Below, piece after piece: positions 23,194 through 35,985 of a stretch of DNA of 64,000 nt. The notes below the pieces were generated by a model. It made no database searches, had not been told where the DNA came from, and saw only the letters and a list, made by a program, of their open reading frames with translations. Position 1 is the stretch's first letter. Each line of letters starts with the position of its first letter. Position numbers and translations under genes: made by a program. Where the stretch lies: positions 161,944,001 to 162,008,000 of the forward strand of contig NC_088792.1 of assembly GCF_011386835.1 (NCBI RefSeq), written 5' to 3'. The stretch is from Chrysemys picta bellii. Taxonomy: Eukaryota.

Positions 23194-23829
23194 TGTGACC
23201 TCCTTGGTTTCAGAGAGCTAAGCAATACCATGAGGATGCATTTTTGGTCTTTTGATATTTCTATTTCCCTTTTCTCAGCATTTGTAGGTTTCAGAGCTGG
23301 AAAGGCTCAGCACTCACTGCCCCCTGCTGGAGACATCACCACTTCAGCACACCCCAATCTCAGAGGTGTTCAGTTGGAAGGGAAGAGAAGAGAGTTCAGA
23401 CTTCAGGGGTTGCCTGCTGCAGGCAGAACCAGTGAGAGTTGGTCCTCCAACACCTAGAAGGGCCAGAAGAAGGTGGAGGCCAATCCGAGTCCAGCAGGCC
23501 AGAGCCCAAAAGGGCTGGCTGCTTCTACAAGAGGCCAGTTCTGGGTGAAGCCAGAACAGGGAAGACAGGCTCTCGCTGCCCTAACCCAAGCAAGCTGGCC
23601 CAGTCAGGGGCCTAAGGTTGACAACATTAGCCTCTGTGAAGGACTAGTGTTTGTTTAATGACCTGGGGACTGTTTTGAGTTTCAGATTGAAAATTAGTTT
23701 TCTGATAGCCCCTGAAAGGGGAACAGAGCTGACCTGACCAGAAGGCTAGGCCACAAAAACATCCAACCATTGTGGAACCAGGACACACGGGAGGCTGCTA
23801 GAGAGGAAGACCCTCTGTGTCCTGTCACA
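23194..23829 (+). mobile_element. Probable degenerate solo LTR
   Basis: TGTGAC...GTCACA ends and LTR-like composition, but no TSD, and the left boundary is uncertain. Confidence 0.4.
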
Positions 23830-25506
23830 AGGGGGTACTCTGGGGGTGACTGCACACTATAACGCAATCCTAACTGAAACCAAGCAGAACAGAAGTCTTG
23901 AAAAAGTCTAAAGCAAAGAAAAATGAACTGGGCTTTCTGATTCTCAAAGGGGGGGAAAAAGGCTTATTTTGAATGAAGGGTTAGGTTTGCTTCTAAAAGT
24001 AACCATACTGGTTATTTACTCTGATTTATTATTTGTATTATGGTAGTACTTAGGAGCCCCAGTCATGGGAAGGAGCCCATCGTGCAAGGAGCTGTACAAA
24101 TACAGCACATGAAGCCTAGTGACCATCCAGGCTGCCTTGCAGGAATCAAAAAGAATTTCATGCAAAGCTGAATTCATTGAGCCAGCACTTCAGTGGGCGT
24201 AAACTGGCATAGCTTCAAGGAGCTTTTCTTTTTATGAAGGTGCCCTGGGTGAAAAGGTGGAATAGTTTTTGAGGTCTTCAAAAGAAGTTGGGCTCTCAAT
24301 TAACACTGCCGTAAATCAAGAGCCACTCCTCTGAAGTTGATGTGCCCCGTGTAAGTCAATGCTCTCCAATGGAGCTATGCCTGTTTACACCAGCTGACAT
24401 TCTGGCTCATTGCACTTCCTTCAGTTTGCCTGCAGGGAAATCCCACTTCTGTCTCTTTGGTTGTATACAAACGCAAAGCTCCTGATTGTGCCTTTGAACA
24501 TTTGTTCCTGGGTCTATTTGTGCTTATTCTGAAATTATATTTAAAAAAAAACCACCTCAACACTATTAAGCAACGTGCACATCAAGCTGTCAAGATGCCT
24601 CTCTGTTAATATCCACTCAGAAAGCAAACATTGACAGGGGGAGTCTTATTGCTAGCCTGGTTTTTAAGCACAAAATGTGTCACACCTGGAAGTAATTAGA
24701 ATACATTTTTACTAATTCATAGCTAATTGCACAATTACTCTTCTAGGAAAGATTCAGCTCTTGAAAGACACTTCAACACGCATGAAATAAGTTTCTGCAA
24801 AGCTGGCTCCAAGGAATAGCATGAAAACATTTGACTTGATCCAAACTATGTTTTTGGGTTTGGTTTTGTTTTTCAAATTATGAAATTCTTTCCTACTGTA
24901 TTTCAAAGTGTTCAGTTTGTAAATTACCAGAGACACCATCCTGGTCAAATTTGGAGTGTTGAGAAGGCCTGTGTTAAGCCAACTCAATAAAAAGCTTCAT
25001 TCCCATACTGGATGGAACCATAAGCAACCTCTTTATTCACTTGGCATTATTGGGTCTGCCAGACAAATAACAGAAGAAAAGCTTTCCGCGCTTCTCCCCC
25101 TCCTTCTCTCCCCCCCCCCCCCCCATTACTCCCTCTGTGCTACTTGTTTGTTCATTGTGAATGACAAACCAAACAAGTCTAGACTGGTGTTCTTCCATTG
25201 TAAAATAATTTTCTGGACTGAAGCGATTTCTTCATTTAGGATGAGTTCGAAATATGTGAAAGAACACAAACAGCCAGTAGTAACAATAGGCTTCTCAACC
25301 TTTCAGCAGTAGCATTATTCAGGAGCATCATACCTAGATTATACTGATCAAAATGAGTCATCTGCTCCAGCGTGTTACTTTCTGAAGCCACCACTGCTGC
25401 TGTATGTATGTCCAGAAAAGCAGCTTTGTTCCACCAAAAGATGAACTAGACCCATGAACAAGTCAGAAGGGCCCAAGTCCACCTTTCAGTGATACCACTG
25501 ATTAAG

Positions 25507-25790
25507 TGCAATCATACTCCCTTGAGCTGTGACCTTGTCAGCTCTTATACCTAAACCAAGTTGGGGCTGGTCATTGCTTAGATGAGAGACATCTAATGAA
25601 AATATACATACGAAAGGAAGTGGTGATGGTTATTCCGTAGGGAGCACTCTTCCTCTCAGTCATGAGCCACCAGTGGCTCATGACGATGCTAGAGAGCTCT
25701 GTGCTACTGAACTTATTGTCTTATAGATGAGATGTGAAACCAAAGTCCTCCTGTAGTCTTTAAAGATCCTACTGCCCTTTTCAGAGCACT
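25507..25790 (+). mobile_element. AmnSINE1 relic (5S rRNA-derived head plus Deu domain)
   Basis: 25551-25590 CTAAACCAAGTTGGGGCTGGTCATTGCTTAGATGAGAGAC matches vertebrate 5S rRNA at 29/40 positions. It is followed by Deu-like GCACTCTTCCTCT...GATGAGATGTGAAACC...TTTAAAGATCC...CTTTT. Confidence 0.72.
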
Positions 25791-27084
25791 ATGCTCAGCG
25801 AAGACTCTGAACAGCCGCATCTCTGTGAAAACTCAGCCAATCCATTTTGACAACCCCGCTGACGTGTTGTCTGTATTTCCAGTGTGCCTGCAAATAATGT
25901 TTATTATTTAATAAGGTGTGATGAGACTGTCCTGATACTTCAAAGGCAGCTGACACATTTGTTAGAGATAATCAAGGAACTTTGGGACAATTACGATGAA
26001 GGCTTTGACAGCGAGAAAATGCACAAACCTTGTAACTGTAACTAGCACCAAAGTCAAAGACTTTTCCTGGAAACAACTTGAATATTCATTTTATCCATTA
26101 AACATCACATTTGTGCGGTTTTTATGCTTTGCGTGTCTCATGTCTGCTTCCTGCATGCTCAGGAGAGCCCATTTCTTGTGTTTGCAAGATATGAATCCCT
26201 CATCCTTCTAGGTAAATTGCAAATTTTGATTTGTTCCCGGACATCTATTTGTATTGCTGTAGCATCTGAGCTTCGCCCAAGTTCTGGATTTATCCTTGTA
26301 ACATCCCTGTGAACTTGGGAAGGATTATTATAAACCCCATTTTACTGAATGAGGCAGAGAGCAGGAAAGTGACTTGCCCCAGACCATAAAGTGGTCACCT
26401 ACAGTGGGAAACTACATTGTTTTAACTGACACAACTTAGTCCTCAAACAATATAGACAAGGACTGTCACAGAGAGTATCATGTTAGCTAGTTACAGTCAA
26501 TGCTAGGGCAGACACTGAGTGCTAAGCTATGTTCTGCCAGGTGTAATTTAAGACAGGCTGTGACAGAGGCAGTGATCTCCTGCGTCACCATGCAGTTCCT
26601 TAACCCCCAAGCCCACTTGGAGGAAGGGTAGTTATCCTGCGGCACTCAAGGGTCTTACGTTGTTGGGCTCAACAGGCCCTGAATGTGAGATATAACACAT
26701 CCTGTGTGCACATTGCTAAAGCTTCTGGGGGTAGAACTGCATGAGAGAGGCCAGCCTTTCCTGCACACACACTCCTGCTTGATAGCTATTTCAGAAGGGC
26801 CTCTTGTGTGGGAGCAGTCACAAGAGGAGGATGTGAGCACAAGTCCTACCTTCAAAAGCCAGACTGCAGTCAGGACATGAACCAGGATCCCTGCGTTCTA
26901 TAGGCAGCAATTCCACCATCTTGGTATAGCACACATATCGTTGCACTTGAACAGAGGACAGAAAAAGGACAGTTCTGGTCTGGTGAATTAGGCAGAAGCT
27001 GGGACTGGACGAGACAGGAACAGAACCCAGGTGTCCTAATGCTTGGTCCTAGGCCTAAGGTCACACAGCAGACCAGTGGCAAAC

Positions 27085-27190
27085 GGGATGGATCACTCAA
27101 AACTGTTCATTCCATCTGAAGCATCTAGCATTGGCCACTGTTGGAAAACCAGCTAGATGGACCATTAGTCTGACCCAGTATGGCCAGTCA
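27085..27190 (+). mobile_element. Short CR1 3' UTR fragment
   Basis: GGGATGGATCACT...GCATTGGCCACTGTTGG...CTAGATGGACCATTAGTCTGACCCAGTATGGCC, homologous to 11131-11246. Confidence 0.75.
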
Positions 27191-28779
27191 CCCTTCTGTG
27201 CCTCAGTTTCCCCATCTGTAAAATGAAATAATGACATTGACCCACTTTTCTAAAGCTTTTTGAGAACCAAGGAGGAAATGTGCTATATGGGCTTGATCCA
27301 GTGCCCGTCAAAATCAATGGAAGGTATCCCCAGTGAATTCATAGAGATGGGATTGAACCTTGTAAAAGCATTATTAATTCAGCTACAACCCACAAAATTC
27401 AAATATGCCTGAAAACCTCTTAGAAAAGAGGTGAATCAGACTGAAAAGCAGCTGAGCACTTCCTCTTGGTCATCGGATATACTGATTTCCCCTAATATTG
27501 ATTGATTGATATTCAGCTCATAGACATATTGTGAAGTTGGCATACAAGGCTTTCTTCCAGTTAATGTTTAGAGGGGGCGTTTCATTTAATCAAAACCTTC
27601 TATTACTCAAGCTAGTGAGAAATAAATTTGATAATATGGATGTAAAACTAAAGCCACTGATCTAATAAGACTTTTGTATGGTATTAGTGGGAACAAATAG
27701 TGACAGATTGCTAACATGTTACAGTAAAAATTACCAACGTGATGAGACTTTTGCACCATAACCAGCACCTCTTGTTATCCCATTAGCAAAAATGATGCGA
27801 CAAAATTGCTAATAGGAAAAAACTTTCAAGTTGTATTATATCACTCCTGTACTGCATCGGTAACATAACAAAGGGATGGAAGGAAATTAATATGATAATG
27901 CAATAATGGCCAAATGTAGCATCACCTAGCCTGAAAGGCCCACTGCTACATCTATCACAATATGACCCATCAACCCAAGAAACTTGACACCAGTTTTCAG
28001 TAGGGGAACGTGCAAGTATATTTTCTCTGCCTGAGTATGCTTTGAGAGCATTTGCTTTTGTCTGTTTGTTTGTTTGTATAGTAAAATGATGCACAACCTG
28101 CTCAGAGCTGCAGTGTTGATTTTTTACCATGAATAATACTCAGGAAGTGCTGTCTAGCAACAGAATTGATTTCATTATCGCTAAAGCATCCCTGATGGAT
28201 GGGTGTCAATGCCAGTTTGGAATATCGCCAGTGACCCAGGTTTCACTGGTATAGGGCGGCCCTCTTTGCTGTTTCCAATAGCCAGATTTAGAGAGCCCAG
28301 AATTATTCAGATTCTCTCTACTGAAGCATCTGAATTATTCTCTCTAGGTGAAATTGATCCCTGTCCAAGGCCTATGCACCACTTAAACCCTATTTTGGTG
28401 GCCTTAATGAGACTGAAGCAGTGCATACCCCTTGTTCTGGCCATCTTACATAGGTGAATTTCACCCCTTATCCCTATGGGCACCCACAGCTGGAACAATC
28501 ATGCATTCCTTGTATGGCTGCACCCAGATTCATAAGGTAGACACCATAAATGGTGAAAGAGGATAACACTAAACCCTAACAATTTCGTTGCCTGTATATC
28601 CACTTACACCCTAACAATCTCTCTGGTAACCAATTCCTTTCAATCTTCTCCCCACCCCTGCATCATTTCAGAAGCCCACAAGTGGGTGGTATCTTATCTT
28701 CAGGTCCATTCCCACCAATAGATATCTCCAAACCATGCTGTTTTCTGGTACTTCATTCCCAGTTAAATTAAAACTCTCC

Positions 28780-29047
28780 CTCCGCCCCTCCTCCCCACTT
28801 CTTCTGCTCTGTGCCTCTGGATTGAAATAATGATTAAAAGGTCTGGTCACGTGGCCCTTTCCCCTAGCTCCTTTACAGTTTGGCTTCAGCCCTAGCGAAC
28901 AAAACACTGCAGCTGTGCATTGTATTCTCCAGTAGTCACTCAGAAAAGTAATTGGCCAAAGATTATTCTGTATAATTGAATGGCAGGGGCTTTGTATACC
29001 AAACAGGGACTTGTCTTTGTCAAAAAGTCTTTACAAAGTATCCAGCT
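28780..29047 (+). promoter_or_regulatory. Possible promoter or enhancer upstream of the first N-run
   Basis: GC box CCGCCC at 28782-87, USF/bHLH-type E-box GGTCACGTGG (CACGTG at 28848-53) and several CTTTGT/ACAAAG HMG-type sites in repeat-free sequence. Motifs only, no functional evidence. Confidence 0.25.
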
Positions 29048-29243
29048 NNNNNNNNNNNNNNNNNNNNNNNNNNNNNNNNNNNNNNNNNNNNNNNNNNNNN
29101 NNNNNNNNNNNNNNNNNNNNNNNNNNNNNNNNNNNNNNNNNNNNNNNNNNNNNNNNNNNNNNNNNNNNNNNNNNNNNNNNNNNNNNNNNNNNNNNNNNNN
29201 NNNNNNNNNNNNNNNNNNNNNNNNNNNNNNNNNNNNNNNNNNN
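29048..29243. other. 196-nt run of N (assembly gap or masked sequence)
   Basis: Read directly. The flanks (CCAGCT / GAACTC) are not splice sites on either strand. Confidence 0.95.
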
Positions 29244-29959
29244 GAACTCATGCCAGACATTTTTTCCCCCTCCTCTCTCTGTTTCCCTGCTGGCTGAGCT
29301 GAAATTGCTAAGTAGATACACACAGTACATGGAAAACCCGGAGCCTAGTTAGTAACACGAATTGACTCGCTTTTTCTTCCTCCCCTCCCCCCACACTTGC
29401 CCTCCATAGATTAATTTTTTACAACTTTGAAATTGACCCTGGTAAGGTCACGACAGCCAGTGACCCAGAAGGCATGAAGGATCTCCATGTACCTGCCTTA
29501 ATGATACTTAATGCAGAAAGTAAGCTGCCTTAATGTGTTTGCCACATGAAAGGAAATCAGCGTACAATGTGACAGAAAGTGATTTCTTTTAAAGAAAATC
29601 TTCTCTTGTGAAGTGAGGTTTTTTCCCTCCATTCTCCACTCCTCATTTGATGAGATAGCCATTGCACAACGCTCTAAGAAATAAAGTATTGGATGTAGCT
29701 GTTAATTAAGCTAAAATTCCCAACCTAAACCACTTTTCTCTAATACATACATATTTCCCTCCCCCACACCCTCCATAGGACAGGGCAGAAGGACAGAAAA
29801 ACCCAGCCAGATGGGTAAAGGTGAAGGACTAAACAGGGTGAATTGTAAGAGATGAATGTGGGGTGAGGACTCCCCGTGTGCTAAGGGATCAATGTACAGC
29901 CTGTGCGATTATCATGCATGTCCTGTTTTGAGGCTACAAGTGGTGCACAGGCCTTGTGC

Positions 29960-30212
29960 TCATAGACTCATAGAATATCAGGGTTGGAAGGGACCTCAGG
30001 AGGTCATCTAGTCCAACCCCCTGCTCAAAGCAGGACCAATCCCCAACTAAATCATCCCAGCCTGGGCTTTGTCAAGCCTGACCTTAAAAACCTCTAAGGA
30101 AGGAGATTCCACCACCTCCCTAGGTAACCCATTCCAGTGCGCCACCACCCTCCTAGTGAAATAGTGTTTCCTAATATACAACCTAACCCCCCCCCCCCCC
30201 CACTGCAACTTG
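29960..30212 (-). mobile_element. CR1 LINE 3' end ((TCTATGA)n-type tail)
   Basis: TCATAGACTCATAGAATATCAGGGTTGGAAGGGACCTCAGGAGGTCATCTAGTCCAACCCCCTGCTC. ORF 30047..30259 encodes HYFTRRVVAHWNGLPREVVESPSLEVFKVRLDKA, the CR1 ORF2 C-terminus. Confidence 0.92.
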
Positions 30213-32492
30213 AGACCATTACTCTGCTGACTCTGCACAGAGGTGAATTTCACCCCCAAAGTAGATATGTAATGGAGATCCAGGGAGAGGAAGGTCAGAA
30301 GAAATAGCCAGACCTCCTGAAAAGCAGAGATTGTCCTGTCTGAATTAGAGATGGCCCTGAAGCGAAACCCTGCAGCTCAGTAACCCACTGTTTGGTGTGT
30401 ATTACAGTTCCATCTGGTCCAAAGAGGTTATGAGTCTACTACAGCTGAGAGCCAGAGTCTTCTTTAACACAAGCAGTGGTTGTTCATTCTTTTAGCATTG
30501 GAGGCCCTGTGTTCAGTCTCTGCTGATGACCGATGGTAGCAGTCAGTTCACAAGTTCACCATCAGGTTTGGAGGTATTTATGAGTTAAGTTTGGCTCTGA
30601 GTTTTGCAGCATGAACCCATGTGTAGCCTAAATTGCCCAATCTGCTAATTCAGATAGGTTATTTTATTTTATAGAACTGGGTAAATGTGTTGGACAAAAT
30701 ACAGGAAGAACTGAATTGATTTGAAGAACAGAATATTTCTAACTAAAACCAAATCTGTCATGCTATTTGGAGGCTTTGAAAAAGTTCCATTTTCCTTCTC
30801 ATTTCTTCTCAGCTCTGCACTTCCTGTGTCCTGTATAAAAGAAAAAACAGGAAACTGTAATTTGGGGGAAATTAGAAGGTACTAGAAACTGCACAAGAAA
30901 AGCCAAGTTTTGCAGATCAAAGGGGTGGACTAAGAATTCAAAGGAACTTGTAAGCTCTTTGGGGTAGGGATCATCTTTTTGTTATGTGTTTGTACAGCGC
31001 CTTGCACAGTGAGGTTCTAGTCCATGACTGGAGCTAATGTGCTAATAAATACTTATTAATAATCAATAACCCTTTGTAAACTCCCAGTGCTGCAAGATAC
31101 TGAGCATTCTCAACTGCAAATGACTCACAAGGCTCAGCAAAGCACTTGAGACACTCAATACCTTGTAGGATCAGGCCCCATCATGCTCAGATAATTGTGT
31201 TTGTCCCTTCCCTTAAATAATTTCATACTCCCTCTATTCCAGGGCGGAGAGGTATCTCCCTATGCCACTGAGTGACTTTCCAGTAAAGATTTTTCAGTGC
31301 ACTCCTCTGGACTCTTTGGGCACCGGACACACTACTGCTATCCTAATCCAGCTCCCGTACATCTGACACTCCCTTTTACTTCATGCAGTGCTGGCATCTG
31401 GTTGCGTGGGACTGATTTAGGCTCAGAGAATAAAATATGTGTATCTGCACTAGCAGTGGGGGGAAAAAAACCAGTACCAAAGCTCTCCCTAAAACCAACG
31501 GAGGCGTGCAGAAACTGTAGGAGAAACTGACCCCATGCAGAGGGCTTACACAAAGCTTATGCACCATAAAGGTGCCATTTTGAGACCTGACGTGGGACTT
31601 AAAGGATGCACAGGCCACGTGCTGGTTAGCTATATGGGGTGAATTCCACCCCACGTGCTTATAATTCACCTCCTGGGTGAAGCTCAGAACTTCTGAAGCC
31701 CACACTGATGCCTTCACCTTATTTGTTGTGGTGAACCCCTTTGCCAGAAAAGTAAAGAAGGTAATGGGAAAAGCAGCCTAAAATGACAGTGTGAATACCG
31801 ACCACAGGGTAAGAGTGACAGTAAATCATCTTCTTACAGCTCATTGGTAGAGATGGTCGGGAATTTTCCTACAAAACAGTTTTTCATCAGAAAATGCTGT
31901 TTCATTAGAACTGAAATGTTGTGGGAAAGGACCGTTTTCAATGAATTTCCCATTTTAAAAAAAAATTAAAAATGTCCCATTTCAACATTTTCTAAACTAA
32001 ACAGTTTCATTTTTCGGTTCAAGACAACTTTTTGTTTGAAATTTAAATTAATTGATAGTAAAAATAAAATTGTTTTAAATGTAAAAGGTCAAAATTGAAA
32101 GAAAACATTTCTATTGACCCGATCCAAAAACATATTTTGGTTCATGGAAATTTTTGAATTTTGACTTTTTGTCCCGATTTGGGATGGGGAAAAAATTTGA
32201 AATCTCTAAAATTCTTGCAAATTTTAGAGGAAACAGGAAAACTGTTTCCCATCCAATTCTACTCTTTGGTGGCTTGTGTGAAATGTGTTGATGGAGACTC
32301 AGCTCAGTTTGCTTAGAACTACAGTGCTATAGAAAACTCTAAAATAAATTAGGCAGGAGAGATTTTACAGTTCTAGTAATCCTATACAAGAGACCATCTT
32401 TACTAGGCTGTCTCCTGTCTTAAGAAATCATCCCAAAGTATCTCTAGATAGACCCAAATATAATTCTGCTCCATTCTTTTCATAGGACCATC

Positions 32493-33139
32493 TCATAGAA
32501 TCATAGACTTTAAGGTCAGAAAGGACCATTATGATCATCTAGTTTGATCTCCTGCACAACGCAGGCCACAGAATCTCACCCACCCACTCCTGTATCAAAC
32601 CCCTAACCTATGTCTGAGCTATTGAAGTCTTCAAATAATGGTTTAAAGACTTCAAGGTGCAGAGAATCCTCCAGAAAGTAAGCCGTGCCCCACGCTGCAG
32701 AGGAAGGTGAAAAACCCCAGGGCCTCTGCCAATCTGCCCTGGAGGAAAATTCCTTCCCGACCCCAAATATGGCAATCAGCTAAACCCTGAGCATGTGGGC
32801 AAGACTCACCAGCCAGCACACAGGAAAGAATTATCTGTAGTAACTCAGATCCCACCCCATCTAACATTCCATCACAGGCCATTGGGCATATTTACCGCTA
32901 ATAGTTAAAGACCAATTAATTGGCAAAATTAGGCTATCCCATCATACCATCCCCTCCATAAACTTATCAAGTTCAGTCTTGAAGCCAGATATGTCTTTTG
33001 CCCCACTGCTCCCCTTGGAAGGCTGTTCCAGAACTTCACTCCTCTGATGGTTAGAAACCTTCGTCTAATTTCAAGTCTAAACTTCCTGATGGCCAGTTTA
33101 TATCCATTTGTTCTTGTGTCCACATTGGTACTGAACTTA
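32493..33139 (-). mobile_element. CR1 LINE 3' end (ORF2 C-terminus plus long 3' UTR)
   Basis: ORF 32929..33123 encodes RTNGYKL...KFRLEIRRRFLTIRGVKFWNSLPRGAVG, and the tail is TCATAGAATCATAGA. Confidence 0.92.
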
Positions 33140-35710
33140 TATCAGAGGGATAAATACCAGGGAGGGAGAGGAATTATTTGTTTTATAGAGAGCAATCCTA
33201 TCTCCCCTCAGCCTTAAGTCTCCATTAAGTGACAAGTTTTGGCTGTCCCTTGTGTGGTTGCTTAGGCCCGGTTTCATTGTATCCTCTCTCTCTCTGGAGG
33301 TTCTTATATTGGCTCCCATCACCAATAGCTGAGGGTTTTTGTACATAAGGAAACTATTGAAACTAATTTCCCTGTCACCAGTTTTGTTCTTATTATTCTG
33401 GGAAAGTTGAGCTTGATGATTAAGAGAATCTCCACATCATGCGAATGGAGGAGTCTGAACTCTCAGCTTAAATTATGTAGGGAAGTGCTGGAAGGAAGCA
33501 TTGCTGCAGTAAAAAAAAAAAAAAGAAAAAAAGTTACCACACACCCATGGGGATATAACTTCATGGGATTACGTTGATCAAGCCAGTAGACCCAAATCAT
33601 CTTTAAATGGAATCATCTGATCTCTCAATACCTGGTGACTGTAGTGTAGATTACCAGCTCGCCTTTCAACTCAAATGTGCCCATCCGTTTTTTTGCACAT
33701 ATTTGCATGCCTTCGAATTTGACAGATCAGTTCACATCGCAACCACTTTAACCATACATAAAACACATCGCAACCACCTTAACCATACATAAAAACAACT
33801 TGTTTGTTCTACATAGAGAGTGTTTTCTGAGCCACACCTTGCTTGCTGTTAATATATTGGGCAGTTTAGATATAACTCTGCTCTCATTGAATTTAATGAA
33901 AATTTTGTCAGTGAACTTCAGTGGGACCAAGATTAGGCTAACCATTGTCATTACCACATACCCTTCTACAAGAACCCTGCTATGTCCCCCACTTTCCCAT
34001 TGGGTCTCCTTCTTTCTCCTCCTCATAAAAGCCAAGTCTGTTTTCACAGAGTCTGTTTTATTATGACCTTCAGTTGCATTTTTGGGGCATCTCAACATTG
34101 TCCTTCTGAGAGTGACCTATCTAGAATTACACACAATAACATTGTAAATCTGTTTTAATAGCACTAGGATTATACATACACATTCACTTTTATATTTATT
34201 TATACATAGAAGCTTTGCAAAATTTGAACCCCACCCTCTTGCCCAGGGTAACAATGCTGATTAAAATGTCTTTGTCAAAACATTTTTTCAGCCAAAAATG
34301 ACTTTTCAAACAAAATGGAGATTGTCATAGAAAATGTGCTTTTCAGTTGAAATTTTCCAGGTTGATTTTATTTTGGGCGGGGGAGAGGAGAGAGGGAACC
34401 AAAAAAAGTGAAAAAATGTTTTGGTTTTCAAACGCCAACTTTTTTTTTTTTTTTTTTCAGTTTTCATTTAATTGAAAAAACATGTTCCACAAAAAATGTG
34501 CTCTGAAACTACATGGTTTTCATCTTGGTCGAATTTTATGGAAAACAAATACCACTTTTCAACCAGCTCTAGTGAGTAATCTTTTATGATGAGCGTTTAA
34601 AATATCATTAGCTCTTGCCTTCATCAGTCATCATTTGTGCCTCTACCGTTCTTTTCAAGAACAGTTTTAATCTCGGGGCTTGACCCAAAACCCAATGAAG
34701 TTAGTGGCATGACTCCTATTGATTTCATTGGGCTTTGGATCAGGCCCTTAAACTCTAATTCAACAAGCTCTTTGCATGGAGAATTTCCACTGGCATCAGT
34801 AGAGGTTCCATGCACAGAGAGTTTGAGATTGGGCCTTGTGCATGTGCTGAGCCGAATAAATACTACGGCTGGATTTTAAAAAGGGCTGGATAATTTTTCA
34901 GCTGTGCAAAACTCAGACCAGGGCAAGGGCTAAATGGTCTCATGTTTCAAGATATACACCGATGCAAGGGTCAGGAAGGAATTTTCTTCCCCCCCATGAA
35001 CATTTTGCAATTGCTTTGTCTGAGGGATCATGGAATTATTTAGGTCAGTTTTTTATTTTATCCAGACTAATAAAAGCCCGTGCCTTGGATTTATAGTGAA
35101 CAGAGGATAAGGGGGTTGTTGTGATCTGGTATTTGGAGAAAGGACTCAGGAAGAGAATAGGTGCTATGGTATATTGATTCCTCACAGAATCCTGTCAGCT
35201 TTAGTTTCAGCACCTTTTGCAGCATTTTAGTCATTTCTTCTTTATTTTTATTTTCCCCCATCTTCTCTCTCCTGAATAACACTGCAGCTGTAGTTTATTA
35301 GGAGAAAGCCTGTACAATACATCACCCTCCAGAGCCAGTTCTGCTGTACAGATCATGGCTTGTTAGGGATAAAATAGAACATTTCAAACATAACAGCATT
35401 AAAAAAATGAGCTGAACTTAACCCTCCCCCCTTCCCTACCTTCCCCTAAATGTACATAACAAGCTGAGAAACTTGACTCGGTAAGAGATGGGAGCCATCA
35501 GTGGAAGCTGTCAGCCTTGATGTCTTGGAGGTTTGGATCCAACGGCATCTCCCACTGTATGGCGCTAGATATTTAATAAAGTAAAACCCCCAGGATCAAG
35601 AAGGCTGCAATCCCTCCCAGCTCCTTTCTTCTGCTTTTGCTCGAGTTCTTTAAAGCCTGCCTCCCGTCTCCCTCTCTCTCCAGAAAACCCTTTCATGCCT
35701 CTCTCGCCAG

Positions 35711-35985
35711 NNNNNNNNNNNNNNNNNNNNNNNNNNNNNNNNNNNNNNNNNNNNNNNNNNNNNNNNNNNNNNNNNNNNNNNNNNNNNNNNNNNNNNNNNN
35801 NNNNNNNNNNNNNNNNNNNNNNNNNNNNNNNNNNNNNNNNNNNNNNNNNNNNNNNNNNNNNNNNNNNNNNNNNNNNNNNNNNNNNNNNNNNNNNNNNNNN
35901 NNNNNNNNNNNNNNNNNNNNNNNNNNNNNNNNNNNNNNNNNNNNNNNNNNNNNNNNNNNNNNNNNNNNNNNNNNNNNNNNNNNNN
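35711..35985 (+). other. 275-nt run of N that probably replaces an exon of a plus-strand host gene
   Basis: Immediately preceded by a long pyrimidine tract ending CCTCTCTCGCCAG and immediately followed by GTGAGT. Confidence 0.6.

Noticed and set aside
25507-25592. 5S rRNA gene
   Set aside because: Only about 70% identical to 5S and followed by a Deu domain, so it is a SINE head rather than an rRNA gene.
28940-29352. ORFs spanning the N-runs (also 35637-36015)
   Set aside because: They are artefacts of translating N as X.
29433-29449. TGACCC-n5-AGGTCA nuclear-receptor half-site pair
   Set aside because: The everted 5-nt spacing is not a canonical response element, and a single motif is not supportable without conservation data.
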